A stretch of DNA of 64,000 nt from a virus (taxonomy: Duplodnaviria; Caudoviricetes): IMG/VR virus record IMGVR_UViG_3300033067_002132, positions 1-64,000 of that record, one strand, 5' to 3'. The position numbers and the translations under genes were made by a program. The notes under the pieces were generated by a model, which worked only from the letters and a program-made list of their open reading frames with translations, was not told where the DNA came from and did not search any database. The first letter of the stretch is position 1. Every line of letters starts with the position of its first letter. Positions 8,200-17,256 of the stretch are shown here, in pieces.

Positions 8200-8544
8200 A
8201 TGCTTGAAGAAGAATATCTATTTAAACAGAAATACAATATAAAATATTGTGAATTGTGCGGCGTATATAGAATTTTATGCCCACATTGTTTAAATACAAG
8301 TTGTAGTTGTGGCGGTTGTGATAAATGTGATAAAGATGTTCAAGATTTTAATAAATTAAATATAGATCCAAAATTCTATCTTACGAAAGAAGAAGAAGAT
8401 ATAATAGAGAAGTATAAATTTATTAAAAAACATTTACCTATTTTTCTTGAAAGAGGTAAAGATTTTAATTACGAGATTCTTAAAAAAGAAGGACATACAA
8501 GTAAATATATAGAAAAGATTTTTGAAAAACATACGGAAAGTTAA
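8200..8544 (+). CDS. Cys-rich hypothetical protein
   Basis: Start moved to the ATG after tRNA-Asp; multiple CxxC. Confidence 0.55.
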   Translation: MLEEEYLFKQKYNIKYCELCGVYRILCPHCLNTSCSCGGCDKCDKDVQDFNKLNIDPKFYLTKEEEDIIEKYKFIKKHLPIFLERGKDFNYEILKKEGHTSKYIEKIFEKHTES

Positions 8545-8623
8545 CCGGACAAGCGTGCCGGAACGCACTTGAAATGCGATTGATCTCAAAAGGGTTAGGG
8601 GGCAGGACCTTAGCTTTCCGCCA
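8535..8623 (+). tRNA. tRNA-Ser(TGA), non-canonical 8/4 or 9/3 fold
   Basis: GGAAAGTT(A)/(T)AGCTTTCC acceptor, 3-4 bp T stem, long variable arm, G73, CCA. Confidence 0.7.
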
Positions 8624-8630
8624 ATTTTAT

Positions 8631-8707
8631 GCGGTGTTCGCCTAACTGGCATGGCACCTTCCTTCCAAGTAGGAATAATATCAGTTCGAACCTGATACAC
8701 CGCACCA
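8631..8707 (+). tRNA. tRNA-Gly(TCC)
   Basis: Cloverleaf, loop CTTCCAA, CCA. Confidence 0.9.
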
Positions 8708-8717
8708 ATTTTATAAT

Positions 8718-8792
8718 GGCCCTATAGTGTAACAGTTAGCACGAGACTCTTTGAAAGTCTTTGTATAGGTGCGAATCCTTTTGGGGCTGCCA
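8718..8792 (+). tRNA. tRNA-Gln(TTG)
   Basis: AGACT-CTTTGAA-AGTCT, CCA. Confidence 0.85.
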
Positions 8793-8832
8793 TTTTTTAG
8801 AACAATTAAATACGAATCGTACTATAGATACT

Positions 8833-9885
8833 ATGACAATGACGAGTTCACAAAAATTACAAAATTTACAAAGAAATAAATTAAAGATCAGAAATTTTCT
8901 ACGTAAATTTGGAATGCCGAAATTATGTTTCGCCGAATCGGGCGACAGATCTTCTAGAATGATTAATAATGTAGATTTAGATAATTTATGTTTTCAAAAT
9001 TCACACGGTAAAGATGCTTATTTTTACGTAAATTCTGGCGGAACAAAAGCAGAAGAAGTTACGCAAATTAATGCGGCTTATGTAGATTTAGATGTAGGAA
9101 AAGACGAGAATAAACAATATTTTACCGCCGCAATTGTAAATAAGAAGAAAAAGATTATTCTTGATAAGATTAATTCTTTTCCAGTAAAACCAAGTTTTGT
9201 AGTAGAAACGAGAAATGGATACCATGTTTATTGGTTAATCAAAAATCTTAAATTAGGTAATGTCGTTACTAAAAGAAACGAATTAGTTAATCGGTGGAAA
9301 CAATTAGAGTATAAATTACTCAATTATTTTAAAGATGTCGGCGCGGATAAATGGGTTATTAGATTAAATCAAATTTTGCGCGTTCCTTATTCATATTGGT
9401 ATAAGGATTGGTCAAATGTAAAAGATTTACATCAAACTGCGATTGTTCGTGCAGGTTCAGAAGTATATACGTTGAATCAATTAGAAAATTTATTCAGTAA
9501 ATATACTCTCGGCGCAATGAGTTATGGAGATCGAACGAATTTTAATCAAAATAATAGTTCTTTACCTTGGGCGCAATTCCATCAAGCGGTAAAAAATGGA
9601 ACTAGCGAAGAGGCGGCATTTAAAGAAATTATTGCTAGTAAACCTAAAAGTTTAGTACCAAATATAAATACTGAGAAAGAGGGTGTATATCTTGTGCATG
9701 ATGTTTGTATGGCAACTCTTAAAGAAGAATTAAAAGCGGCGAAAAAGCAAAGAAAGAAACCGCTCAAAACCGAATTACTTGATCTTTTAAATTTTCTTAA
9801 AAATGATTACTTTGATGATCCGATTTATAAGAAAACAAATGAATATATAGAAAGTATTAGACAAAGAGTAGAAAGTGAGTTATAG
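8833..9885 (+). CDS. RepB-type AEP primase-like protein
   Basis: YVDLD, PSFVVETRNGYHVYW, ILRVPYS; start moved to the ATG after tRNA-Gln. Confidence 0.75.
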   Translation: MTMTSSQKLQNLQRNKLKIRNFLRKFGMPKLCFAESGDRSSRMINNVDLDNLCFQNSHGKDAYFYVNSGGTKAEEVTQINAAYVDLDVGKDENKQYFTAAIVNKKKKIILDKINSFPVKPSFVVETRNGYHVYWLIKNLKLGNVVTKRNELVNRWKQLEYKLLNYFKDVGADKWVIRLNQILRVPYSYWYKDWSNVKDLHQTAIVRAGSEVYTLNQLENLFSKYTLGAMSYGDRTNFNQNNSSLPWAQFHQAVKNGTSEEAAFKEIIASKPKSLVPNINTEKEGVYLVHDVCMATLKEELKAAKKQRKKPLKTELLDLLNFLKNDYFDDPIYKKTNEYIESIRQRVESEL

Positions 9886-9957
9886 TTCTTGTGTGTGACG
9901 GTAGCACGTTTCTCTCTGAAAGAAATGGATCGCGTTCGACTCGCGAAAGAACTACCA
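9884..9957 (+). tRNA. tRNA-Gln(CTG)
   Basis: TTTCT-CTCTGAA-AGAAA, CCA. Confidence 0.85.
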
Positions 9958-9965
9958 AAATTTAT

Positions 9966-10042
9966 GGCTCGCAAGCATTGATAGTTTGATGCATTCGCCT
10001 TTTAAGCGACAGAGTTCGGCGCAAGTCCGAAGCGAGCTACCA
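9966..10042 (+). tRNA. tRNA-Lys(TTT)
   Basis: Loop CTTTTAA, CCA. Confidence 0.9.
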
Positions 10043-10190
10043 TTTTATCTAATGAAAGTTAGATTAAGTTGAATAATTAAAAATTATTTCCGGTAGAAAT
10101 CCGGCGTCTGGGCAACGAAACAGTCCGCCAATTTTTTAAAAATATAATAATTTTATTGAAGTGAATAATATATAGTGTAATTAACTATAT

Positions 10191-10952
10191 ATGAGCATTA
10201 GATCAGAACATGTAAAAATCTGGAGAGATAGAATTAAACAAAGAATTATTGATGCATTTAATGGTAAATGTGGAATTTGTGGTTATAATAAATGTAACGC
10301 GGCATTAGAATTACATCATATAAATCCAAGTGAAAAAGATTTTAGTTTTGGTAGAATAAGAGCGAATCCAAAAAATTGGGAATCTTTAGTTAGAGAATTA
10401 AGAAAATGTGTTTTATTATGTTCTAATTGTCATAGAGAAATTCATAATAACGTTTCTGAATTACCCAAAGATATAATTCGTTTTGATGAAGATTTTGCAG
10501 ATTACAAGAAAATAGAACTTTCGTTTAAAACAGAAACAATTATAAATAATTGTCCTATTTGTGGAAAAACTAAATATGTATGGAATAAAACATGTTCTTA
10601 TAATTGTGCTAATAAATTAATTGGTGTTTATAAATGGGAAGAATATAATTTAGAAGATTTATTTTTAAATAAAAAATATAAAATAGAAGATATTGCTGAT
10701 TTAATAGGTTGTTCTAATCAGGCAGTAATTAAACAATTAATTAAACAGAATTTATATAAACAAAAGAAAAAACATTTAATAAAATGGCCAAGTAAAGATA
10801 TTTTAGAAAAAGAAGTAAAAGAAAAATCTTTAAAAACGATATGTCAAGAAATAGGATGTTCTCATACTGGTCTAAGAAGACATTTAAAGACAATAGATAT
10901 AAAATGGTATGGACCTGGATTTTGGCAAAAAAAGAAATTTAATAAGTTTTAA
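10191..10952 (+). CDS. HNH homing endonuclease with C-terminal HTH repeats
   Basis: CGICG...LELHHINP...CVLLCSNCHREIH. Confidence 0.9.
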   Translation: MSIRSEHVKIWRDRIKQRIIDAFNGKCGICGYNKCNAALELHHINPSEKDFSFGRIRANPKNWESLVRELRKCVLLCSNCHREIHNNVSELPKDIIRFDEDFADYKKIELSFKTETIINNCPICGKTKYVWNKTCSYNCANKLIGVYKWEEYNLEDLFLNKKYKIEDIADLIGCSNQAVIKQLIKQNLYKQKKKHLIKWPSKDILEKEVKEKSLKTICQEIGCSHTGLRRHLKTIDIKWYGPGFWQKKKFNKF

Positions 10953-10953
10953 T

Positions 10954-11047
10954 TGTAGGGTACGCTAATTGGTAAGCGGCGATTCTGTTAAAGTCGTGCA
11001 ATCCTTTTTAATAAGGTATGAAGGTTCAAGTCCTTCCCCTACAGCCA
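10954..11047 (+). tRNA. tRNA-Asn(GTT) with long variable arm
   Basis: CGATT-CTGTTAA-AGTCG; 23-nt variable region; CCA. Confidence 0.8.
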
Positions 11048-11239
11048 TTTTTTAAAAAAAAACATATGAACGGAAAAGGAGATAAACCGCGAAATAATTA
11101 TAGTAAAGATTTTCGAGACAACTATGATAATATCAATTGGAAAGATAAAAATAAGTGTAAATTTGTCGATTCAATAGATGGTTGTCCTGCGTGCGGCGCG
11201 GAAAAAGAAGAAGATTGCGCCGACTTAAAAAGTTTTAAT

Positions 11240-11326
11240 GGGAAAGATGCCGAATGAGATCAGGCGCCAGACTGTAAATCTGGTAATCCGCATGGATAGA
11301 AGAGGCAGATTCTTCCTTTCCCACCA
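11240..11326 (+). tRNA. tRNA-Tyr(GTA)
   Basis: CCAGA-CTGTAAA-TCTGG, variable arm, CCA. Confidence 0.9.
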
Positions 11327-11331
11327 TTCTA

Positions 11332-11407
11332 CACCTGTTCGCCTAACTTGGCTATGGCATCGCGTTTGGGTCGCGAAATAATAAAAGTTCAAATCTTTTA
11401 CAGGTGA
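11332..11407 (+). tRNA. tRNA-Pro(TGG), CCA not encoded
   Basis: CACCTGT/ACAGGTG, TCGCG-TTTGGGT-CGCGA. Confidence 0.85.
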
Positions 11408-11457
11408 GGCTTTAGTTCGATATTTCTCCAATAGACCATTATTGTGTAAGTATTATT

Positions 11458-12435
11458 GTGAGAAAATTAATAGATAAAGAGAAGTTAGGATTAGCGATTC
11501 AAAAAAGTTATTGCTATGAAGATATTTGTTTCTATTTAAATAGAAAAAGAAATACGCATTTTACTGATAAAATTAAATATTGTATTCAATACTATAATTT
11601 TGATATTAGTCATTTTAATAGAAATATTAAAAGATTTAAAAATAAAAGAATTAATAAAAAATGCCCTATTTGCAATAAAGAATTTGAAATAATATTAAAT
11701 AATAGAAAAGAAAGAAAATATTGTTCTCGTTATTGCGCTAATAGACCCTCTGTAGGAGATAGATATAATAAAATTAATAATGAAAAAAGATATAATACAT
11801 ATAAAACATATCTTCTAAAAAAGAAAGAAGAAAAAAGATTAATAGAAGAAGAAGAAAAAAGATTAGAACAAAAGTTAAAAATACCTTTATCAGCCTCTTT
11901 TCATTTTAAAAATAGAATTTTGAAAAATAAAATTCGTTATACCCATAATGGTAAACATTTTAAAATTTTTTGTAAAAATTGTGGAAAAGAACATATTACA
12001 AATAGATCTATTACAAAATTTTGTTCTGCTAAATGTGTTTCTAATTTTCATATAAAAAATAAAACACACAAAGGTTGGAAATCTAGAAATATAATATCTT
12101 ATCCAGAGCAATTCTTTATTAAAGTTTTAAATAAAAACGGTTTTGAAGGCAAATATAAAATTAATTATCCAATAACTAAAAAATCTTTAGGAATCAATTG
12201 TTCTTCTTGTTATTTTTTAGATTTTTATTTTCCTGATTTAAATTTAGATTTAGAAATAGATGGAAAACAACATAATTATCAAGAAAGATTAGAATCTGAT
12301 AATAAAAGAGACTTGACTTTAAAAGAAAACGGTTATAAGATTTATAGAATCAAATGGAAAAATATTAATAGAGAAGAAGGTAAGAAATATATTTCCGAAG
12401 AAATTATAAAACTTTTAGATTTACTAAACAAATAA
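11458..12435 (+). CDS. Zn-finger + DUF559/Vsr-like endonuclease
   Basis: YFLDFYF...LEIDGKQH...D..RD..L...GYKIYRI. Confidence 0.85.
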   Translation: MRKLIDKEKLGLAIQKSYCYEDICFYLNRKRNTHFTDKIKYCIQYYNFDISHFNRNIKRFKNKRINKKCPICNKEFEIILNNRKERKYCSRYCANRPSVGDRYNKINNEKRYNTYKTYLLKKKEEKRLIEEEEKRLEQKLKIPLSASFHFKNRILKNKIRYTHNGKHFKIFCKNCGKEHITNRSITKFCSAKCVSNFHIKNKTHKGWKSRNIISYPEQFFIKVLNKNGFEGKYKINYPITKKSLGINCSSCYFLDFYFPDLNLDLEIDGKQHNYQERLESDNKRDLTLKENGYKIYRIKWKNINREEGKKYISEEIIKLLDLLNK

Positions 12436-12440
12436 ATTTT

Positions 12441-12507
12441 TAGATCCATACAGCAATAAAAAATACTACTTGCCTGTTAAGCAAACAAAGTAAAAAACTG
12501 GATCTAG
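12441..12507 (+). ncRNA. ACAGCAA-stem RNA copy 4, carrying an anticodon stem-loop
   Basis: TAGATCCA/TGGATCTA + ACAGCAA enclosing TTGC-CTGTTAA-GCAA (loop identical to both tRNA-Asn loops). Confidence 0.75.
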
Positions 12508-12824
12508 TCTTTTTAAAATATGAATTTAGTTAAAAGTATTACTGGAGATATTTTTGTAAAAGAGAAATTTCTTTCAATATCATATTCATATAATATGAAT
12601 AATAATTTGATTGAAATTAAAGTAGAATTAACAGATGCTAAAGGATTTAGCCGATTTGTAAATAGTAAATCAAAAGCTTTAGCATATATAGATGATATAG
12701 AATCGCAATTATATAATAAACCAAGAAAATTTAATAATTGTCAATGTTTATATTGTAATTCTAAATATAATTTTCATGATGGTAATTGTCCTAATTGTGG
12801 AGCAAATAAATATAAAAATATTGA

Positions 12825-13811
12825 ATGAAACCAATAATAGTAATTGGTGCGTGGATTAATACTTTTGAAAAAGAAAAAGAACTAATAGATCTTTGCGCCC
12901 GATTAAAATCTAAATTTGATATTTGCGTAAGCAGTCATTATCCGATTCCTCAATCGGTACAAAATGAATGCCGATTTACTGTTTATGATAGTAATAATGA
13001 ATTAATTAGTAAATCTCTTTTACCAAAGGGAGAATTTTCCGCTTGGATAGATAATCCAAACATTTTTTGTAGATTTCGCGCCGAAGCAATTTATAGTCTT
13101 TATACCTACGCCGTTCTTCTTTTAATTAAAAATCCATTACAATTAGCAAGTTTATATGGATATGATACTTTTATTTATTTAGAGGCAGATTTTATTATTC
13201 ATGATAAGGATATATGGGTAATAGATAAATATTTAACTAATATGTTCGCCGCTAATAAATTATGCTATTTTAATAATTTTAATGAGGATTTTGTAAGTAC
13301 AGGATTTTTTATTTCTAATATAGATTATTTTTTAAATAGTATTAGTCATTTTAGTACAGGAGACGAATACGCAAAAGAATGTTTAAAAATACAAGATTCA
13401 ATATTATTAGAAAACTATTTTTATAGAATTTTCATGAATAATTCTGCTCTAATTACTAAAATTAAAAATACCCAAGATATATTTCCTAATAGTATTATTG
13501 ATAAATATACAAATAATTCGGCGGATAAAAATCCTATAATGTTTGATATTGTTAATGATATTAAAAATACAGAAAGTTTATTTTTTGTAGCTTTTAATCT
13601 TTATCATGAAAAAGATCAAAATTATTTTGCTAGAATAACCTCCGATGTAGAAACAATAGATTTTCCGTTATCTAGTTATTTTGTTTGGCGTTCCGTTTCT
13701 GGTAAAATCTTTAATATAGAAATTTTACATAAAGAGAAAAATTTTTATAAACAAAAGTGTCTTAAATTAGAAGATATAAAAAGTAGTCATTATTATGTTG
13801 ACTTTAAGTAA
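12825..13811 (+). CDS. Glycosyltransferase-like hypothetical protein
   Basis: SHYPIP...YD..N and YLEAD; paralog of 53444-54430. Confidence 0.45.
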   Translation: MKPIIVIGAWINTFEKEKELIDLCARLKSKFDICVSSHYPIPQSVQNECRFTVYDSNNELISKSLLPKGEFSAWIDNPNIFCRFRAEAIYSLYTYAVLLLIKNPLQLASLYGYDTFIYLEADFIIHDKDIWVIDKYLTNMFAANKLCYFNNFNEDFVSTGFFISNIDYFLNSISHFSTGDEYAKECLKIQDSILLENYFYRIFMNNSALITKIKNTQDIFPNSIIDKYTNNSADKNPIMFDIVNDIKNTESLFFVAFNLYHEKDQNYFARITSDVETIDFPLSSYFVWRSVSGKIFNIEILHKEKNFYKQKCLKLEDIKSSHYYVDFK

Positions 13812-14143
13812 AATATGCTAGAAGATTATATTTCGAATATTTTTGAATGCGATTGTTGCCATGATGAATTTCCTATGTTACAGTTAGAATGGTCATGGTT
13901 TGGTCAACTTTTATGTATTAAATGTAGAAAGAAATAATATGCATGGTTTTTTTGAATGTCCTAAATGCGGATATGAAAATTCTGTTCAAGTAGAAAGTTA
14001 TAAATTTGCAGATATTCCGCCAGAATGCGATCAATGTGGTTATATATTTAAAAAACGGGAAATTGAAGATCGATATTTAGATGTTCTTTCTGATGCGGTG
14101 GCTAGCGCGGCGGATTATGCCGAAAGAGATTAATTTTAATAAA

Positions 14144-14218
14144 GTTCCGCGACGGAGCAAGTGTACCGATTCGTCTGCAAAACGATAGGGCTAGGCGCGA
14201 TACCTAGGCGGAACTCCA
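14144..14218 (+). tRNA. tRNA-Cys(GCA)
   Basis: Loop CTGCAAA, U73, CCA. Confidence 0.9.
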
Positions 14219-15156
14219 ATATAAGATGACACAAATAAAAGCTAAATATCCTATTAAAATTGGTAAAAATTTAATAGATAAGGGTGAACTCGGAAGGGTT
14301 GCAAGTTTAGAAGAGGCAAAAGTACAATTTCCTCTTATAGAATATAATTTAAATTCGTCGTTTGTATCGGTTATTTTTAGAGATTATAGTCCATGTATTG
14401 TTAATAAATCACAAATAGAATTTATATGAAAATATTTTTATCCGATTCTGGATTTCAAAATATTCAAAATTTAAATAATGTTGTTGGGGTTACATTGTTA
14501 GATAACAATAATACGAATATAGTTACATTTACTAATGATAAAATACATAGTATAGATTTATATATAGTAATTTTATTTATATTATTGGGATCTATTTTAG
14601 CGTTAATAGTAAATCGCCCCTATAAGCAAAAAAGATAATATGAAATATTGTATAAATATATTGACCCTTATAATTACATTAATTTTAACAAGTTCATGTA
14701 CAAATCATTCGAATTCTATTCCAGTAGAGAATCCTTATTTTAGTAATGCAGAGTTTTCCGGGTTATCATCTCAAATAAATTCCAATTTAGTAGAAAAAGG
14801 ATTCACAACAGCCGGTACATATAATTGGAACAATTATACAATAGAGATATATGCAAAGGAAAATGTTTCCGGTAAAATGTATAAATTTTCCTTCTATAAG
14901 AATTTACAATTAAACTGGGTAAAACCAATAAATTAATGAAATTTAAAATCGGAGACATTACAACCCAAGTTTGGGCGGGTGATTTAGTTCATGATTGTGT
15001 ATTTTTAGCTTATTTAGATAATGGAGGAATGCTATTTTATGATTTGGCTTCTGAAGTTTTTCGTTATGCATTTTGGCAAGCAGAAGAAAATGGAAAATTT
15101 ACATTAAATGGGTGGAAATATAATAAGAATCCCGCGAAATTAATAAATAACTAAAT

Positions 15157-15549
15157 ATGAGAGAATTAAAATTTAGATATTATGATGCTATAAGTAAACG
15201 GTTTGTATATAGCGACGAATTTAATTACGTATCAATGTTTGATATATTGCCTTTATTTTTTACAAAAGGAAAACTTTATGCTAGTAGAAATATAGTCCAA
15301 CAATATACGAACTTAACAGATTCTACAGGAAAAGAAATCTATGAAGGAGATTATATTCAATTAACCGAAGAAAACGAAATTAATTTAAAAATAGGAGTAG
15401 TTGAATATGAAAAGGATTGTGGGAGATATATCATTAAAGGGCTTCTCTATTCTAAAAATCAAAACTATATAGATTTAACCTGCGATTCTATTTTTAACGC
15501 AAAGATTATAGGAAATATTTTTGAGGGTAGTGATGTTTTTAATTTATAA
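15157..15549 (+). CDS. YopX family protein
   Basis: MRELKFR...QQYT.L.D..GKEIYEGD...IIGNIFE. Confidence 0.85.
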   Translation: MRELKFRYYDAISKRFVYSDEFNYVSMFDILPLFFTKGKLYASRNIVQQYTNLTDSTGKEIYEGDYIQLTEENEINLKIGVVEYEKDCGRYIIKGLLYSKNQNYIDLTCDSIFNAKIIGNIFEGSDVFNL

Positions 15550-15786
15550 ATAATTATGTCTGATTTAAGAGAAGATGAAAAAAAGTTTGCGCCGAAAGAA
15601 AAACCCGATAAGCTTAAGGAAGAAATTAACCAATGTACTTGCGGCGGCAAATTAGTAGCAGGAATTGTTTGGGATGAAAAAAGAGAAGCGGAAAAAGTTT
15701 ATTATTGTTGGAAATGTAAGAAATATGCTGATATTTCAAAGAAAGTTTGACAAAGAAGAAAAAGAGTGTAAGATATTTGAAGATAA

Positions 15787-16052
15787 GGATTGGGAACGTC
15801 GGGCACTGAAACATATCCCAACCTATTACTAGCAGATAATAATAAAATAGAGCTATCTGTGCGTACTCTAATAATAAAATATCAGATATTCCTGTGGAAT
15901 AACACTAGGTGGAAGTCCTAGATTTTCAATAAGAATTAATATTAATGAAAAATAGTATTAATACGCGGGTGAGAAGTCAGAAATTTGTAGGTGTCAAACT
16001 CACACAAATCAAAGTCGAAACCTTCTCAGTTAGTAAAAATTTTTATTGAAAA
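15787..16052 (+). ncRNA. Unknown structured RNA(s)
   Basis: Hairpin, pseudoknot, T-loop-like hairpin and a long bubbled hairpin, downstream of the TTGACA promoter at 15747. Confidence 0.45.
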
Positions 16053-16057
16053 TTAAT

Positions 16058-16140
16058 CCGAGGGTAGTAATTATATATTAGTAAAACATCTCTTATTCCG
16101 GTGAGAGAAGTAGCTAGCGCAAATCTAGCCCCGAGGGCCA
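16058..16140 (+). tRNA. Atypical tRNA-Arg(CCG)-like
   Basis: T arm GCTAG-CGCAAAT-CTAGC and CCA present; two acceptor mismatches and an extended anticodon stem. Confidence 0.45.
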
Positions 16141-16146
16141 ATTTTT

Positions 16147-16554
16147 GGGCGTGAAAGGATTCGACTTAATGATAAGTTGTATGAGCGCATGTCAAGGAAC
16201 TTAGTTGGCCTTGTAAAAAAACTAAGAAAAAGTTAAATGCTAATAATGACATTAGTGAAATGCTTGGTGAAATCTCTGCTAATCCGGATGCGGTTTTAGC
16301 TGAATTTGCTAGCGAAAATGTGTTAGTCTAATTAAAGATTAATCCGTTATAATAGATAACTCCGATAGTTTAATATAACGTAATTTTCGGAATTAATATT
16401 AAAGTTTTCTTTGCTTTATTATTTCTTATTAAAAAGAATATTGATTATGTCTTTTGTTTATTAAGATATAATACAGAATTAAAAATAAACTAAACATGTA
16501 GTGCAAATAAGCAAAATTATTAAGGACTTGGCTTCGATGCCAACACGTCCACCA
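16147..16554 (+). ncRNA. ssrA: tmRNA
   Basis: 5' GGGCGTGAAAGGATTCGAC, G3:U70 acceptor, pk1-like element, tag ORF, 3' T arm + CACGTCC-ACCA. Confidence 0.9.
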
Positions 16555-16564
16555 ATTTTAAATT

Positions 16565-16807
16565 ATGGCAAATATCAATTTTACTATTCCAGATGCGCAA
16601 ATTAATAGAGTTATTAATGCCTTGTGTATAAAATATGGATATCAAGATCAAATTTTAATTTCGACAGATCCACCAGTATTTGATGTAAATCCAGAAAGTA
16701 AAGCACAATTTTCAAAAAGAATGATAGGAGAAGTAATTAAAGGGTTAGTTTTAGATGTAGAAAAACAAGCGGCGATAGATGCGGTTCCTAAAGTAGATGT
16801 AACATAA
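16565..16807 (+). CDS. Hypothetical protein
   Basis: ORF track. Confidence 0.55.
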   Translation: MANINFTIPDAQINRVINALCIKYGYQDQILISTDPPVFDVNPESKAQFSKRMIGEVIKGLVLDVEKQAAIDAVPKVDVT

Positions 16808-16808
16808 A

Positions 16809-17153
16809 ATGAATAAAATAGCTGTCATAGGTTCAAGAAGTTTCAATAATTATCAATTAATGAAGGAAACTTTAGATTTAATTGCAAAACCAGGAGATAT
16901 AATTATTTCTGGTGGTGCGGCTGGTGCTGATTCTTTAGCAGAAGATTACGCGGAAGAAAAAGGATTACAGAAATTAATTATTTATCCCGCGTGGAGAATT
17001 TATGGAAAACGCGCCGGATTAATTCGTAATGAACAAATGGTTAATAAATGCGATCAAGTTGTGGCTTTTTGGAATGGAAATTCTAATGGAACGCGGCATA
17101 GTATTAATTTCGCTAAAATTCAAAATAAACCTGTAACTATTGTAAGATTTTAA
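16809..17153 (+). CDS. SLOG family (DUF2493/YspA-like) protein
   Basis: IAVIGSR, ISGGAAGADSLA, AGLIRN, AFWNGNSNGT. Confidence 0.85.
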   Translation: MNKIAVIGSRSFNNYQLMKETLDLIAKPGDIIISGGAAGADSLAEDYAEEKGLQKLIIYPAWRIYGKRAGLIRNEQMVNKCDQVVAFWNGNSNGTRHSINFAKIQNKPVTIVRF

Positions 17154-17154
17154 T

Positions 17155-17247
17155 GGTCCCTTAGCGTAACGGTTAACGCGACACCCTTATAAGGTGGAAG
17201 CTCTAGATTTGAGCAAGATGTAGGTTCGAATCCTACAGGGACTACCA
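17155..17247 (+). tRNA. tRNA-Ile(TAT) with long variable arm
   Basis: Loop CTTATAA; GCTC-TAGATTT-GAGC variable arm; CCA. Confidence 0.8.
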
Positions 17248-17256
17248 ATTTATTAA

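Noticed and set aside
8535-8623. tRNA-Sec
   Set aside because: The anticodon is TGA (Ser), not TCA, and there are no sel genes in the window.
8434-8700. Minus-strand ORFs over tRNAs (also 11225, 23795) and plus-strand ORFs 18306, 23698
   Set aside because: These are shadows of tRNA genes.
10047-10130. Hammerhead ribozyme (CTAATGA...GAAA)
   Set aside because: I could not build the three stems around the core.
4201-12507. CRISPR array or terminators as an explanation of the ACAGCAA repeats
   Set aside because: The copies are dispersed, their arms enclose 50-115 nt of structured cargo, and there is no regular repeat-spacer period or cas gene.
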